From the IMG/VR virus record IMGVR_UViG_3300032295_003038, positions 1 to 30,123 of that record: DNA of 30,123 nucleotides; one strand, written 5' to 3'. The notes beneath the pieces are model-generated. The model ran no database searches and was not told the DNA's origin. It saw only the letters and a list, made by a program, of their open reading frames with translations. Source of the stretch: a virus (taxonomy: Duplodnaviria; Caudoviricetes). Of this stretch, positions 17,736-26,746 are shown piece by piece; position 1 is the first letter of the stretch; every line of letters starts with the position of its first letter. The position numbers and the translations under genes are program-made.

Positions 17736-19493
17736 TTAAATACTTTTAACCACTATCCAGTCATAATCATGCACTTGATAGGCATTTTCTGTCAATGATA
17801 TTGACGTATCTTCTGCCAAGGTGGATGGCCTTTCCGTATAAAGAGAATAGTGCTCTAGCGCTAATGTTGAGCTAAATGCTGATGGGTATATTGCTATATT
17901 CTTATATAGATTTCTTGGACCAGAATTTGACCATGTTCCATTAGTTACTTTAACATTAAACCATATTTGAGTGGAGATTGCTGAGGATAAAACTATAACA
18001 ATATGATATAGTTCGTCTGTATCCATAAATGAATTTATATTAGTGGCAGTGGTTCTATTTACCCCATTTACATATATTGCTGATATTCCGCTTTTTGTAA
18101 CCGCCCCAGTATTATTCCATGAATAATATGCTGAATCATGGTAGAAAAGATAGTTGGCAGAAAGACTTATTGGAGTAAAGAACATCTCTAGTGTCTGAAC
18201 ACTCATTAATGTATTTATCGGGAATCCAGAATCATATGGCCTAATTCCATTATTTTTGTTTCTCATAAGAATTGGGTAATTATCTGAAGATAAATCATAA
18301 TCCCACAATGCTAGGTTTGACTCTTCTGGCTCAATGTCTTCTCCATGATTATCTGCAAACAATAACTTGGTTGAATAAAAATTAAAAGACAATGAATAAA
18401 GCTTTGGAAAAAACTTTGTTATGTCCGAGCTGTTTAAAGTTATTTTTACATATAAAACTCTATCTTCTGCAAAGGATCCATCTCCGTATACATAGCCTGG
18501 AATTGCATCTCCATTAGAGCATGGATCATAATTTATTCCATCTGTTCCAATTGCTACTGATACACCTTTTGTTCCGCTCCATTCAACTTTTGAGGACATA
18601 AAAGATATGGCACTTGGCACTGAAAATATATCATACAAGACTACTTCATTTAAATCGGTATCAACAGTTATATAATCTTCAGTATCCTGATGATACAAAC
18701 CTTCTGCTTGAAACTGATTCCATTTTTTATTATACGGGTAAGAATAAGAAAATGTTTTTTTAATTGATCTGTCAGATAAACTAAATAAAACCCCTCCATC
18801 TGGTCCCGCTATTTGTATTGGTGCAATTCCACTAAATAAATTAAAATGCGATTTGGCTTTTTCTTGAGTCAAAGCATATCTATATACGGCTGGGGCATCA
18901 ACAATAAATGAATCTAGAGAACTGGAGGTTGGACCAATTTTTGGGAAAAAGGAGTCGTTGGTAAAAGTATACTTATCATAAAATATTGAACCAGCTCTTT
19001 CTCCATTTATGAATAAGCTGATTGAAGTTGGGGTATAGGTTGCACATATATGCGAAGACTGATTTATTGAAGGAAGTCTAAAGTCTAGTCTTTTATTTTC
19101 TAATAAAAAAACAATGTTGCCGTCTTCGTAATAAATTCCTATGTCGTTTGCATCATCTGCAAAAATTGGAGTAAGGGTGGTAGAAGATATTTTTGGATAA
19201 ACCCAGCACTCTAATGTAAAGTCATTGTCTGAAAAATATTTAGTAGCCAGTCCTCCAAGAGCGGAATCTCCATTGTAGTCATATTCTATGGGAAGCTCAA
19301 TTGAATTTAAGTTATTAATTAAAGATCCCGAAACCCCGCCAGAGACTAGGGGAAGTATATCTGTCGTTAAAGATCCTATGTAGGTTCCATTATTTCCAGA
19401 ACCAGATGTATCAAAGGCGGTTGTGCCAGAAGATTCATCCAATGGCCAGAAGGCTATCGGGTTATCTTTTATAACCTGCAATTGATACGACAT
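17736..19493 (-). CDS. LamG/concanavalin-A-like domain protein, probable minor virion protein
   Basis: DNPIAFWPLDESSGTTAFDTSGSGNNGTY, FTLECWV, HICATY, SLFINGE, AVYRYAL; a second LamG-like region near the C-terminus (YHIVIV, IAIYPSAFS). Confidence 0.8.
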   Translation of the reverse strand: MSYQLQVIKDNPIAFWPLDESSGTTAFDTSGSGNNGTYIGSLTTDILPLVSGGVSGSLINNLNSIELPIEYDYNGDSALGGLATKYFSDNDFTLECWVYPKISSTTLTPIFADDANDIGIYYEDGNIVFLLENKRLDFRLPSINQSSHICATYTPTSISLFINGERAGSIFYDKYTFTNDSFFPKIGPTSSSLDSFIVDAPAVYRYALTQEKAKSHFNLFSGIAPIQIAGPDGGVLFSLSDRSIKKTFSYSYPYNKKWNQFQAEGLYHQDTEDYITVDTDLNEVVLYDIFSVPSAISFMSSKVEWSGTKGVSVAIGTDGINYDPCSNGDAIPGYVYGDGSFAEDRVLYVKITLNSSDITKFFPKLYSLSFNFYSTKLLFADNHGEDIEPEESNLALWDYDLSSDNYPILMRNKNNGIRPYDSGFPINTLMSVQTLEMFFTPISLSANYLFYHDSAYYSWNNTGAVTKSGISAIYVNGVNRTTATNINSFMDTDELYHIVIVLSSAISTQIWFNVKVTNGTWSNSGPRNLYKNIAIYPSAFSSTLALEHYSLYTERPSTLAEDTSISLTENAYQVHDYDWIVVKSI

Positions 19494-19514
19494 ATAATTA
19501 TTATACCTTAAATA

Positions 19515-20168
19515 TTATTCAGTGCCATCTGAGTAATACGGACGAGTTCTATTGTGATACCAGTTTGGCAAAGAATACCTAGTTCCTTTAGTAACAGCAT
19601 CTACCTCATGCACGTATACAAAATTGGATGGGAAAAACATAATGCTGCCAGATTCTGGCTTAATGTCTATCCCAGCATGTGGAAATCTAATATTGCCACC
19701 TTCGTAGTCATCGTTCAGATAAAGAAGTGCTGATAAAACACGACTACTTATTCCGTGATCAGAATGTGCTGGAAGGAAGCCGCTTTCCTTGTACTTTAAA
19801 AGATGCATTGTTTTTTCTCTAGACTTTATATTTTTTTCTGCGTATGGATAAAGAGTAAAGTAGTGATTAAGCGCTGTTTCTAATGCATCAAAAAGCTCAA
19901 AAGATATCTCATACTGCTCCTTATAGAACATATCATTTTTGTCTATGTCTTCTGGTTTTGGTAAAAACTTTTGCCAACAAAAAACTGTTTTTTCAGATTT
20001 TCCATGATCATAGTCCCAGGCTTTCCATCCTTGTACAAATTGAGATGCGTATGAATCTGCCTCACTTCTTTTTTGCTCTAGGCTTTCAATTTTATCTATA
20101 ATAGACTGTGGATCTTTTATTATTTCATTATACTTAACAACGCCAAGCGCAAGCTCTTCATATCTCAT
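19515..20168 (-). CDS. 2OG-Fe(II) oxygenase, prolyl-4-hydroxylase-like
   Basis: LLKY, H-x-D (HSD), YLNDDYEGG, distal His (YVHEV) and 2OG-binding RYS. Confidence 0.9.
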   Translation of the reverse strand: MRYEELALGVVKYNEIIKDPQSIIDKIESLEQKRSEADSYASQFVQGWKAWDYDHGKSEKTVFCWQKFLPKPEDIDKNDMFYKEQYEISFELFDALETALNHYFTLYPYAEKNIKSREKTMHLLKYKESGFLPAHSDHGISSRVLSALLYLNDDYEGGNIRFPHAGIDIKPESGSIMFFPSNFVYVHEVDAVTKGTRYSLPNWYHNRTRPYYSDGTE

Positions 20169-20713
20169 TAGCAGCCCTCAAAATCTGGATCTTCAAATTC
20201 TTTTTGCGTTGATTGCATAAAAAGAGCGGTGTACCTATTGCCAGACTTAATTTCTGATACACCGTGCAGGTAGTCATAGTCATTTCCAGGAAAGAAAACT
20301 GCAGAATATTTTTTAGGCTTTAAGTAAAAATTTTGTTTAGGGAAATAGATTTGCCCACCCTCATACTCATCATTAAGGTATATAACAGTACTAAATTCTA
20401 TGAATGGCTCTTTATCTATCGCATCTATGTGCGGATCTCCGCTTTGTCCAACAGACCAGCCAGAGCCAAAAGACTTTGTAATAATAACATCCTTTTCGGC
20501 ATTAAAGAAATCTTTTTGAATAAGATTAGATTTTTTTGCATAGGACCTCAATATGTCAATAACCCTTTTATTATAAGGAAAGGCTGTTCCACCATTTCTT
20601 TCTGAATAATAATCTGGATAAGAATTTATTTCTGAAGGGTTTTGTATTTCTGAAATTAAAGACATTGCATCTTCTTCGGTTATAAATCCTTCAACAACCT
20701 TAATTTTTGTCAT
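20168..20713 (-). CDS. 2OG-Fe(II) oxygenase, prolyl-4-hydroxylase-like
   Basis: HID, YLNDEYEGG, YLHGV, RYT. Start placed at ATG 20713, which overlaps the upstream stop (ATGA). Confidence 0.88.
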   Translation of the reverse strand: MTKIKVVEGFITEEDAMSLISEIQNPSEINSYPDYYSERNGGTAFPYNKRVIDILRSYAKKSNLIQKDFFNAEKDVIITKSFGSGWSVGQSGDPHIDAIDKEPFIEFSTVIYLNDEYEGGQIYFPKQNFYLKPKKYSAVFFPGNDYDYLHGVSEIKSGNRYTALFMQSTQKEFEDPDFEGC

Positions 20714-21360
20714 AAGTGTACCCATAAATCTTGAACGTATCCTTCTTTAGAAACCACTGAAAGCGGAGTAATATCATAAGCTATTGTTATTCTTGGCTCA
20801 GTAAATTCCCAAGAGCCTATACCGTGAGGGTGACCAGTTTCTGAAACTATAGCTCTGTTATTTATATTAATATTTTCAAATGGGTGCTCGTTGTTTATCT
20901 TGTAGTAGGTTGAGCCTGGCTCAGCATTAACACAGTAGTATCCGTGGAAAAGTGGTGCTCCAAATCCATTTGAATGATCGTGATAAAAATTTGAATCATC
21001 TAAATTAACAACCTTTGGCACTCCGTCATTGCTTTCAACGTTAAACCATCCGTGAAGCATAAACTCTTGGGATTCAAAATCAATGCCATAATATTCGCAA
21101 GCCTCTCTAGTCATGTCTCTTAATGCGGACTGAAGATTATAAATTTCTTTATTATGGAAATGGAAAATATTAAAAAAAGAATCTATTCTTTGTGGATTAT
21201 AATTAGAAAAATAAGACTTTGGGGCCTTTATTAAATCGCTAACTGGTAAGCCTCTTACTCTGCCAGACTTTAAATCCTCCTGCTTTAAAAGCAAATATTT
21301 ATTCAAAGAGTCCAGATCATTGTCAAGATGTCTTTCAAAAAACTTTTGTTCTTTTTTCAT
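20710..21360 (-). CDS. Putative 2OG-Fe(II)/cupin oxygenase (HxH...H type)
   Basis: GWFN, HDH, FHGYYCV, HPHG, RITIAYDI; clear paralog of 22855-23508. Confidence 0.72.
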   Translation of the reverse strand: MKKEQKFFERHLDNDLDSLNKYLLLKQEDLKSGRVRGLPVSDLIKAPKSYFSNYNPQRIDSFFNIFHFHNKEIYNLQSALRDMTREACEYYGIDFESQEFMLHGWFNVESNDGVPKVVNLDDSNFYHDHSNGFGAPLFHGYYCVNAEPGSTYYKINNEHPFENININNRAIVSETGHPHGIGSWEFTEPRITIAYDITPLSVVSKEGYVQDLWVHL

Positions 21361-21368
21361 AGTTTATC

Positions 21369-22103
21369 CTAGTCTATTACATTTGTTTTATTGATATATC
21401 TCTCTCCGAGAATACTATCAAATTTAGATTTTCTTATATTATAAGAAACATCATTATATTCGTACTTATTTTTTTTAAGGCCCACTTCTTCTGCTATTGC
21501 ATTATAGTTATGATTTAAATTAAATGGCACATAGTCTACTGTATTTAAATCTATTGTTTTGTCATCTACTATTTTACTTGAAACCTCATATACAGTCAAG
21601 CCGTCTTTTATTGCATGGTAGTACACGTATTCCTGCTCTCCATTATACTTCGCAAATGCTGGGGCTTTTATTTTTAAAGCAGAGTCCTTTTTGGCAAATA
21701 TAAAATTCCTATTTATTCTTGTGCCTACTGAAAAATCATCCTTGGCCAAATTGCTTTGAGTAAGCAAGCAGCTTTCATTTTTATCTAAAAACAATATCAA
21801 ATTATTTAAATGCTCTATATCAATTTTTGTCTGGTCTCCTATCTGCAAGTAATAGTCGAACTTAGATGTCAATATAAAATGTTTTTTATATTCTATAGGA
21901 CTAGATATTGAATCCCATGGAATATGAATGTAATTTAAAAAAAATCTATTAGGCTTATATTTGTCTTCTTTGTTAATACTGCTTTGATCAATAACTGTAA
22001 GCATTACATTGTAGTTATTAGAAATTTTTTCTACCAAACTAAATAATTCATCTAAATTTTTCTTTTGATAAGAGTAACAAAATACGCCAATATTTTTTTT
22101 CAT
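21369..22103 (-). CDS. Divergent GT-A glycosyltransferase, GT60 (Hyp-GlcNAc transferase)-like
   Basis: VIDQS, DYYLQIGDQT (compare GT60 YxLQIDSH), NFIFA, YNGEQE (compare F/Y-x-GEE). Confidence 0.55.
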   Translation of the reverse strand: MKKNIGVFCYSYQKKNLDELFSLVEKISNNYNVMLTVIDQSSINKEDKYKPNRFFLNYIHIPWDSISSPIEYKKHFILTSKFDYYLQIGDQTKIDIEHLNNLILFLDKNESCLLTQSNLAKDDFSVGTRINRNFIFAKKDSALKIKAPAFAKYNGEQEYVYYHAIKDGLTVYEVSSKIVDDKTIDLNTVDYVPFNLNHNYNAIAEEVGLKKNKYEYNDVSYNIRKSKFDSILGERYINKTNVID

Positions 22104-22858
22104 ATCTTAGACAAATAACTTTTTGAAAGGTCGTGTGTGCTATTTTTAATTCTGTTTATTAATATATCATAGTTTTCTTTAATATTATATGGCAGATTTT
22201 TATTTTCATGAATTGGAACGCTATAAATTCCAGTAATATCATGTTTATTTCTATCTATAATACATGTGTTTGAAGGTCTAGTATAAATTGGGATTCCATT
22301 TTCAATACAGGATAGGAGAATGTCTTCTTCTTCCCCAAAATAGACTAGGTAGGATGGTAATGATATTTTTTTAATTACTTCAGATTTGCCAAAGATAAAG
22401 TCTCTATCTATAAAATCTGCCTTTAAAAAGTATGGGCCTCTAGTATATTTTTTTTCTAGGTAGCCATTAACCTTACTATATGACATTTTGCCTTGTCCAG
22501 AAACAATTGCTTCAGGAAACTCTAAAAGAAAATTAATTATTTTTTTGTTCCAGCTGACCGAATATGTTGTAGAGTCAGACATAAATGCAATATAGTCGGC
22601 AGAAGACTTTTCTAAAAATTCTTTTTTGTATAGTATTGGTGATTTTGAAGAAAGAATATCCACTTTATTATAGTTTATGTTTATATGGCTGTGTTCTTTT
22701 TCATAAAAGCTTTCAGTTATATGGTTTTTAGACTGATCAAAGACTGTTATATTTATTAAATATCTAGGGTCACAGTTTGTAACCATACTTCTAACGCTTT
22801 TAAGAAGATGCTCGTTCGAGTAGCTATAAATAAATACATCTACCGATTGTTTGATCAC
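22100..22858 (-). CDS. Divergent GT-A glycosyltransferase, GT60-like
   Basis: VFDQS, DYIAFMSDSTTYSVSWN, DFIFG, YFGEEE; paralog of 21369-22103; GTG start overlaps the upstream stop. Confidence 0.55.
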   Translation of the reverse strand: MIKQSVDVFIYSYSNEHLLKSVRSMVTNCDPRYLINITVFDQSKNHITESFYEKEHSHININYNKVDILSSKSPILYKKEFLEKSSADYIAFMSDSTTYSVSWNKKIINFLLEFPEAIVSGQGKMSYSKVNGYLEKKYTRGPYFLKADFIDRDFIFGKSEVIKKISLPSYLVYFGEEEDILLSCIENGIPIYTRPSNTCIIDRNKHDITGIYSVPIHENKNLPYNIKENYDILINRIKNSTHDLSKSYLSKI

Positions 22859-23508
22859 AACAAAGGAGTCCAGTGCTGTGGCGCAGCCTTTGCATTAATT
22901 AGGGCTGCTAATGGCATTATGTCGTAGGCAATTGTAACTCTAGGACCGTCCCAATCCCAGTCTTCCATTGCATGAGGGTGACCCATTTCTGAAATAATCA
23001 TTCTGTTATTTTTGTTTTTGTTAACAACTGTTTCTCCAAATACCTTATAGTGAGTATTAGATGGCTCTGCATTAACACAGTAGTATCCGTGGAAATAGGG
23101 AACCCACGGACCGCCATGATCGTGCCAGTCTAGCTTTCCAACCTTTGCATAATTTATGTTAAACCATCCTTGAATCATGTATTGCTGAGAATCAAAATCT
23201 ATTCCGTAATATTGGCAGGCCTCTTTTACTGTGTCAGATACTGATTTAAATAATTTATATATGGCAGGATGATAGAATTGAAAAACATTATACTCTCTCC
23301 ATTTAATTGTTGATATGCTAGAGGATTGCAGCCAAGCATCTTGGTCATTAACTGCAGTAATATTTTTTAACTCTAGATTTTCCATCTTATAATATTGCTG
23401 TTGCATAAAATTTGCTAAATCATCTAGATCATTGTCTAAGTGTCTTTCAAAAAACTTGTGTTGATGCCCAGTAGGATGTGGGATAGATTGAATTGGAAAG
23501 TCTTCCAT
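22855..23508 (-). CDS. Putative 2OG-Fe(II)/cupin oxygenase (HxH...H type)
   Basis: GWFN, WHDH, FHGYYCVNAEP, HPHA, RVTIAYDI; AAGGAG RBS; TGGTACACT extended -10 at 23532-23540. Confidence 0.72.
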   Translation of the reverse strand: MEDFPIQSIPHPTGHQHKFFERHLDNDLDDLANFMQQQYYKMENLELKNITAVNDQDAWLQSSSISTIKWREYNVFQFYHPAIYKLFKSVSDTVKEACQYYGIDFDSQQYMIQGWFNINYAKVGKLDWHDHGGPWVPYFHGYYCVNAEPSNTHYKVFGETVVNKNKNNRMIISEMGHPHAMEDWDWDGPRVTIAYDIMPLAALINAKAAPQHWTPLL

Positions 23509-23549
23509 TTAAAGCTCCTTTGTTCCGTATAAGTGTACCATTTTTTTTA

Positions 23550-24281
23550 TTATTTATAAACTTTTCTTTGCCAAGCATAACCCTTATAGTAAGAAAATAT
23601 CTTTGACCTTCTTTTTTCTTCTTTTATTTTATTTTTCCATATTTTTTCTTCAGAAAACTCTATTTTCATTTCCCATGAATCTCTCTTTATTGGAATTATT
23701 TGAAATAAAGGGGTTCCTTTAGGTATGGTTCCAGTAAATCCCCTCTTAACAAAAAATGATATAAATACTGGCAATCCCCATACGTCAGAATCAACAATAC
23801 CAGATAGAACTGTAAAGGGAAGGTCATGCCTATTCAATGGATGTGTTATTAATACAGAATAGTCTTTCGGCGTTTCGTAGTACCAATGCATTTTAAATCC
23901 AAAATGAACTGGGTGATGCTGAAAAGGTACTGCCACATCGATCATAGGCCTTTTGTCGCACACCATAACATCGTTTTCCCAGGATAGGATTGGAAACCCT
24001 TCTTCATCTTCAGAAATATGAAGGTCGTCTGTTAAAACATAAAAATATCCAGAGCTCATGGCATCAAAAAATGGCATGCATAGTTTTGTTGAAGATGCGC
24101 TGCCATCTGTGCCTCTATCATTAATTGGGTGAAGGTCTTTCATTTTATTTGAATAATAAAATCTAGAAAGCTTTTTATACCAGTCTGGTATCATCGATAT
24201 CGCAGGAACTGGGGGCAAGGTTGCGTGATCTTTTGGATCTGCTGTTGCAGTAAAAATTATTTCTTTATTTCTTTTTATCAT
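23550..24281 (-). CDS. DUF6065-like protein of unknown function
   Basis: PVPA..IPDWYK, CMPFFDAMSSGY, TPKDYSVLITHPLN, SGIVDSD, IPKGTPLFQIIP; paralog of 24926-25639. Family name is from recall and needs an HMM check. Confidence 0.55.
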   Translation of the reverse strand: MIKRNKEIIFTATADPKDHATLPPVPAISMIPDWYKKLSRFYYSNKMKDLHPINDRGTDGSASSTKLCMPFFDAMSSGYFYVLTDDLHISEDEEGFPILSWENDVMVCDKRPMIDVAVPFQHHPVHFGFKMHWYYETPKDYSVLITHPLNRHDLPFTVLSGIVDSDVWGLPVFISFFVKRGFTGTIPKGTPLFQIIPIKRDSWEMKIEFSEEKIWKNKIKEEKRRSKIFSYYKGYAWQRKVYK

Positions 24282-24903
24282 ATTCCCTCTTTAAATTCTT
24301 ATAGACTTTTTTATTTGGATAAATATAAATGTCATACATATATGTTCCTCTTGGTATTATGGTGCATCCATTTTCAACTAAATGCTCTTCATTTTTTAAA
24401 AAATAAAAATCTAATAAATCTGAGTTTTTTATTTCTTGAGTTGTGCCTTTTGTAAATTTACCAGAAAAATATTTAAAATAAAAAGAGTTACTATCACTTT
24501 TTATAAAGTAATCCATATCTTCATCAATTATCCAGGGCATGAAAGCCCTAAATGAATCTTTAACTAAAAACATATCTTTGTTTTGCTCTTCATATTCTGA
24601 TGGATAAAACTGTCTTAGCCAGGGCTTATCTACGCAATAAACTTTGTTTTTATAATTTACAATATAAATGTCTGAATAAGAATACTGCCTAATTACAATT
24701 TCTTTTTTTGTTAAACTAATTATCTCTGGCTTTACCCCAAAATGGTGAACATACATGTTTATTGGTTTTAATAAAGATTTAGCATACATATTATCTACAT
24801 CTTTCCATTTAACCCACTCTCCTGGAAGAGAAGATAGGGATATAATTTCAGAGAACAATCTGTTTTTCATTTGTAGCCATGACTTTGAATATTGTGGAGG
24901 CAT
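24265..24903 (-). CDS. Hypothetical protein, possibly a degenerate DUF6065-like paralog
   Basis: 212 aa AT-rich ORF; FMPWIID and IIPRGTYMYDI echo the W and IPKGTPLFQI motifs of its neighbours. Confidence 0.45.
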   Translation of the reverse strand: MPPQYSKSWLQMKNRLFSEIISLSSLPGEWVKWKDVDNMYAKSLLKPINMYVHHFGVKPEIISLTKKEIVIRQYSYSDIYIVNYKNKVYCVDKPWLRQFYPSEYEEQNKDMFLVKDSFRAFMPWIIDEDMDYFIKSDSNSFYFKYFSGKFTKGTTQEIKNSDLLDFYFLKNEEHLVENGCTIIPRGTYMYDIYIYPNKKVYKNLKREYDKKK

Positions 24904-24925
24904 ATGTATAATCCTTAAAAGAAAA

Positions 24926-25639
24926 TTACTTAAATGTTTTCTTTGACCAAAACTTCATCCTGTAAGCATTTTCAAATACAGTTCTTACAGCTGAAGTTAT
25001 ACCTTTAATCATATCATCTGAGTTTTCATCTTCTAGGTAGTTTGCTTCCCAGTCATTTCTTTGAAAAGGAATAACTTGCAACATTGGGGTTCCCTGCTTT
25101 ATGAGACCAGAAAATCCTTTTTTAACAAAAAACGACAGGTATCCATCTGAAGGATATTTGTCAGTATCTACTACTCCAGGTATGGCAAAAAGCGGTGAGT
25201 TATCAGAATGCATAGGCTGAATAAATAGGCAGCTAAATCCAGGAGGAGTTTCGGCAATCCACATGGGATGAATTCTTATAATGTCCTCATGGTATCCGTC
25301 TGGAATTGGATAGTGAAGAATTTGTTCTTTAATATGAGTTGTTAAAAGCTGGCCATCAAGTTCTGGTGTAGACAGCTTAAATGTTACTCTTTCTCCAGTT
25401 GCGTCTATAAATATATCCATTGGTATTTTTAAGTAATATCCAAATGTCATGGCGTCAAACACTGCCTGACATTTTTTTACAGTTAGGCCATACTCGCCTT
25501 TGTCTCTAGACAATCCGTCTACGTATCCTGGTTGTTTTTTCCACCAATTTGGTAAATTGCTTGCACTTTGTACTGGCTCAGGCTTTGGAAAAACTTTTCT
25601 ATAAACTCTAGACCTAGGAATAAATTTGATTTGATTCAT
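24926..25639 (-). CDS. DUF6065-like protein of unknown function
   Basis: LPNWWK, TVKKCQAVFDAMTFGY, TPPGFSCLFIQP, PGVVDTD, IKQGTPMLQVIPF; TGTGGTATGAT extended -10 lies 6 nt before the ATG. Confidence 0.55.
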   Translation of the reverse strand: MNQIKFIPRSRVYRKVFPKPEPVQSASNLPNWWKKQPGYVDGLSRDKGEYGLTVKKCQAVFDAMTFGYYLKIPMDIFIDATGERVTFKLSTPELDGQLLTTHIKEQILHYPIPDGYHEDIIRIHPMWIAETPPGFSCLFIQPMHSDNSPLFAIPGVVDTDKYPSDGYLSFFVKKGFSGLIKQGTPMLQVIPFQRNDWEANYLEDENSDDMIKGITSAVRTVFENAYRMKFWSKKTFK

Positions 25640-25660
25640 GAATTAATCATACCACAATAG

Positions 25661-26191
25661 TTAAAAAATTGGAATCCATTGATTGGGCATTTGTGAATAT
25701 AAGGATTCTGCTACAGATACATTAAAACAAAGGGTTCTGGACTCTGTTTCAGCAAGTATTTTTATTTTAGAACTAGAATTAAAAATATTTATATCGCCAG
25801 GATTTAATAATATAACTCCACCACTTTCTTCTTGTATTTCAATAGGCTTATCTGATAAATTAATAAATCCAAAAAACATATTAGTCATTACTGGGGAAAA
25901 TGAATTAAAGCTTTCATTTATTGAAGGTGTAATTAATTTTGATCTTATATAAAAATAGTTTCTTTCAAAAGACAGTCCTGAATCCTTGACATTAATTTTA
26001 ATATTTTCAATACATTTCTTAAACATTTTATAAATAGATGGGTCTGGTATCATAAATACCTCTAGATTTTCTACAAACTTTTTTTTATTTAATTTCACAT
26101 CAAAGTTTATGCCGCTATTTGCATCAAATGTCTCATAGGTGTTGTTTGCCAAGGCCGTGTCAATAACTTTATTTATATACTTAAGATTCAT
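25661..26191 (-). CDS. Cupin-fold protein, degenerate paralog of the HxH oxygenases
   Basis: IYKMFK, FFGFINL, LNPGDINIF, RTLCFNV, QWIPI align with IYKLFK, FHGYYCV, RVTIAYDI, HWTPL; the protein contains no His. Confidence 0.5.
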   Translation of the reverse strand: MNLKYINKVIDTALANNTYETFDANSGINFDVKLNKKKFVENLEVFMIPDPSIYKMFKKCIENIKINVKDSGLSFERNYFYIRSKLITPSINESFNSFSPVMTNMFFGFINLSDKPIEIQEESGGVILLNPGDINIFNSSSKIKILAETESRTLCFNVSVAESLYSQMPNQWIPIF

Positions 26192-26735
26192 TTATATAAT
26201 CACTTTCTGAATACCAATAGGCTGGTGAAACTGGGTCTCTGGTTGAATCCATTACCTTTTTATTTAAAGCTGGATCAATCTTCCAATTGGGTCTCCAGTG
26301 TGAATTTTTTCTTACCATATTTCTGTCTTTTTCATTTAAAGTTTTGCTTAGCGCCAAAGCCATCATGTCGTCGGCAATTGGTGTGGGATCATTTGGATAT
26401 GATGTACATATACCTGTTTTAAAATATAACAATGTTCTGGTTAAAGGCCCTAAACTTGAACCAATTCCCATTCTTCTATATCTATGAGATGTATAAGCTC
26501 TATTAAACTGTCCATCTTTTTGCCATGTTAGATATGCATCTGGAGTTTCATTCATTACTGTATTTGAATAAATAATTGTGCCTTTGGGATACATATCATT
26601 TATATATAGTGCACATATACCGCCGTGGCTGCTTTTTTCATCAAATATAGTAAATAGAATCCAAGATGATAGAAACTCTTTTGGATATTCAGTATAATCT
26701 AAAAATGCTTCGCCTTCTATAAAAACAGGAGTCAT
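26181..26735 (-). CDS. Putative GNAT-family acyltransferase
   Basis: AYTSHRYRRMGIGSSL matches acetyl-CoA-binding motif A (R-x-x-G-x-G). Confidence 0.6.
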   Translation of the reverse strand: MTPVFIEGEAFLDYTEYPKEFLSSWILFTIFDEKSSHGGICALYINDMYPKGTIIYSNTVMNETPDAYLTWQKDGQFNRAYTSHRYRRMGIGSSLGPLTRTLLYFKTGICTSYPNDPTPIADDMMALALSKTLNEKDRNMVRKNSHWRPNWKIDPALNKKVMDSTRDPVSPAYWYSESDYINES

Positions 26736-26746
26736 TTTTATTTATA

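Noticed and set aside
19515-23508. Oxygenases and glycosyltransferases as a DNA hypermodification (TET/JBP-type) cluster
   Set aside because: Motifs are P4H-like and GT60-like rather than TET/JBP, the genes sit among virion genes, and no methylase or nucleotide kinase is nearby. Disfavoured, not formally excluded.
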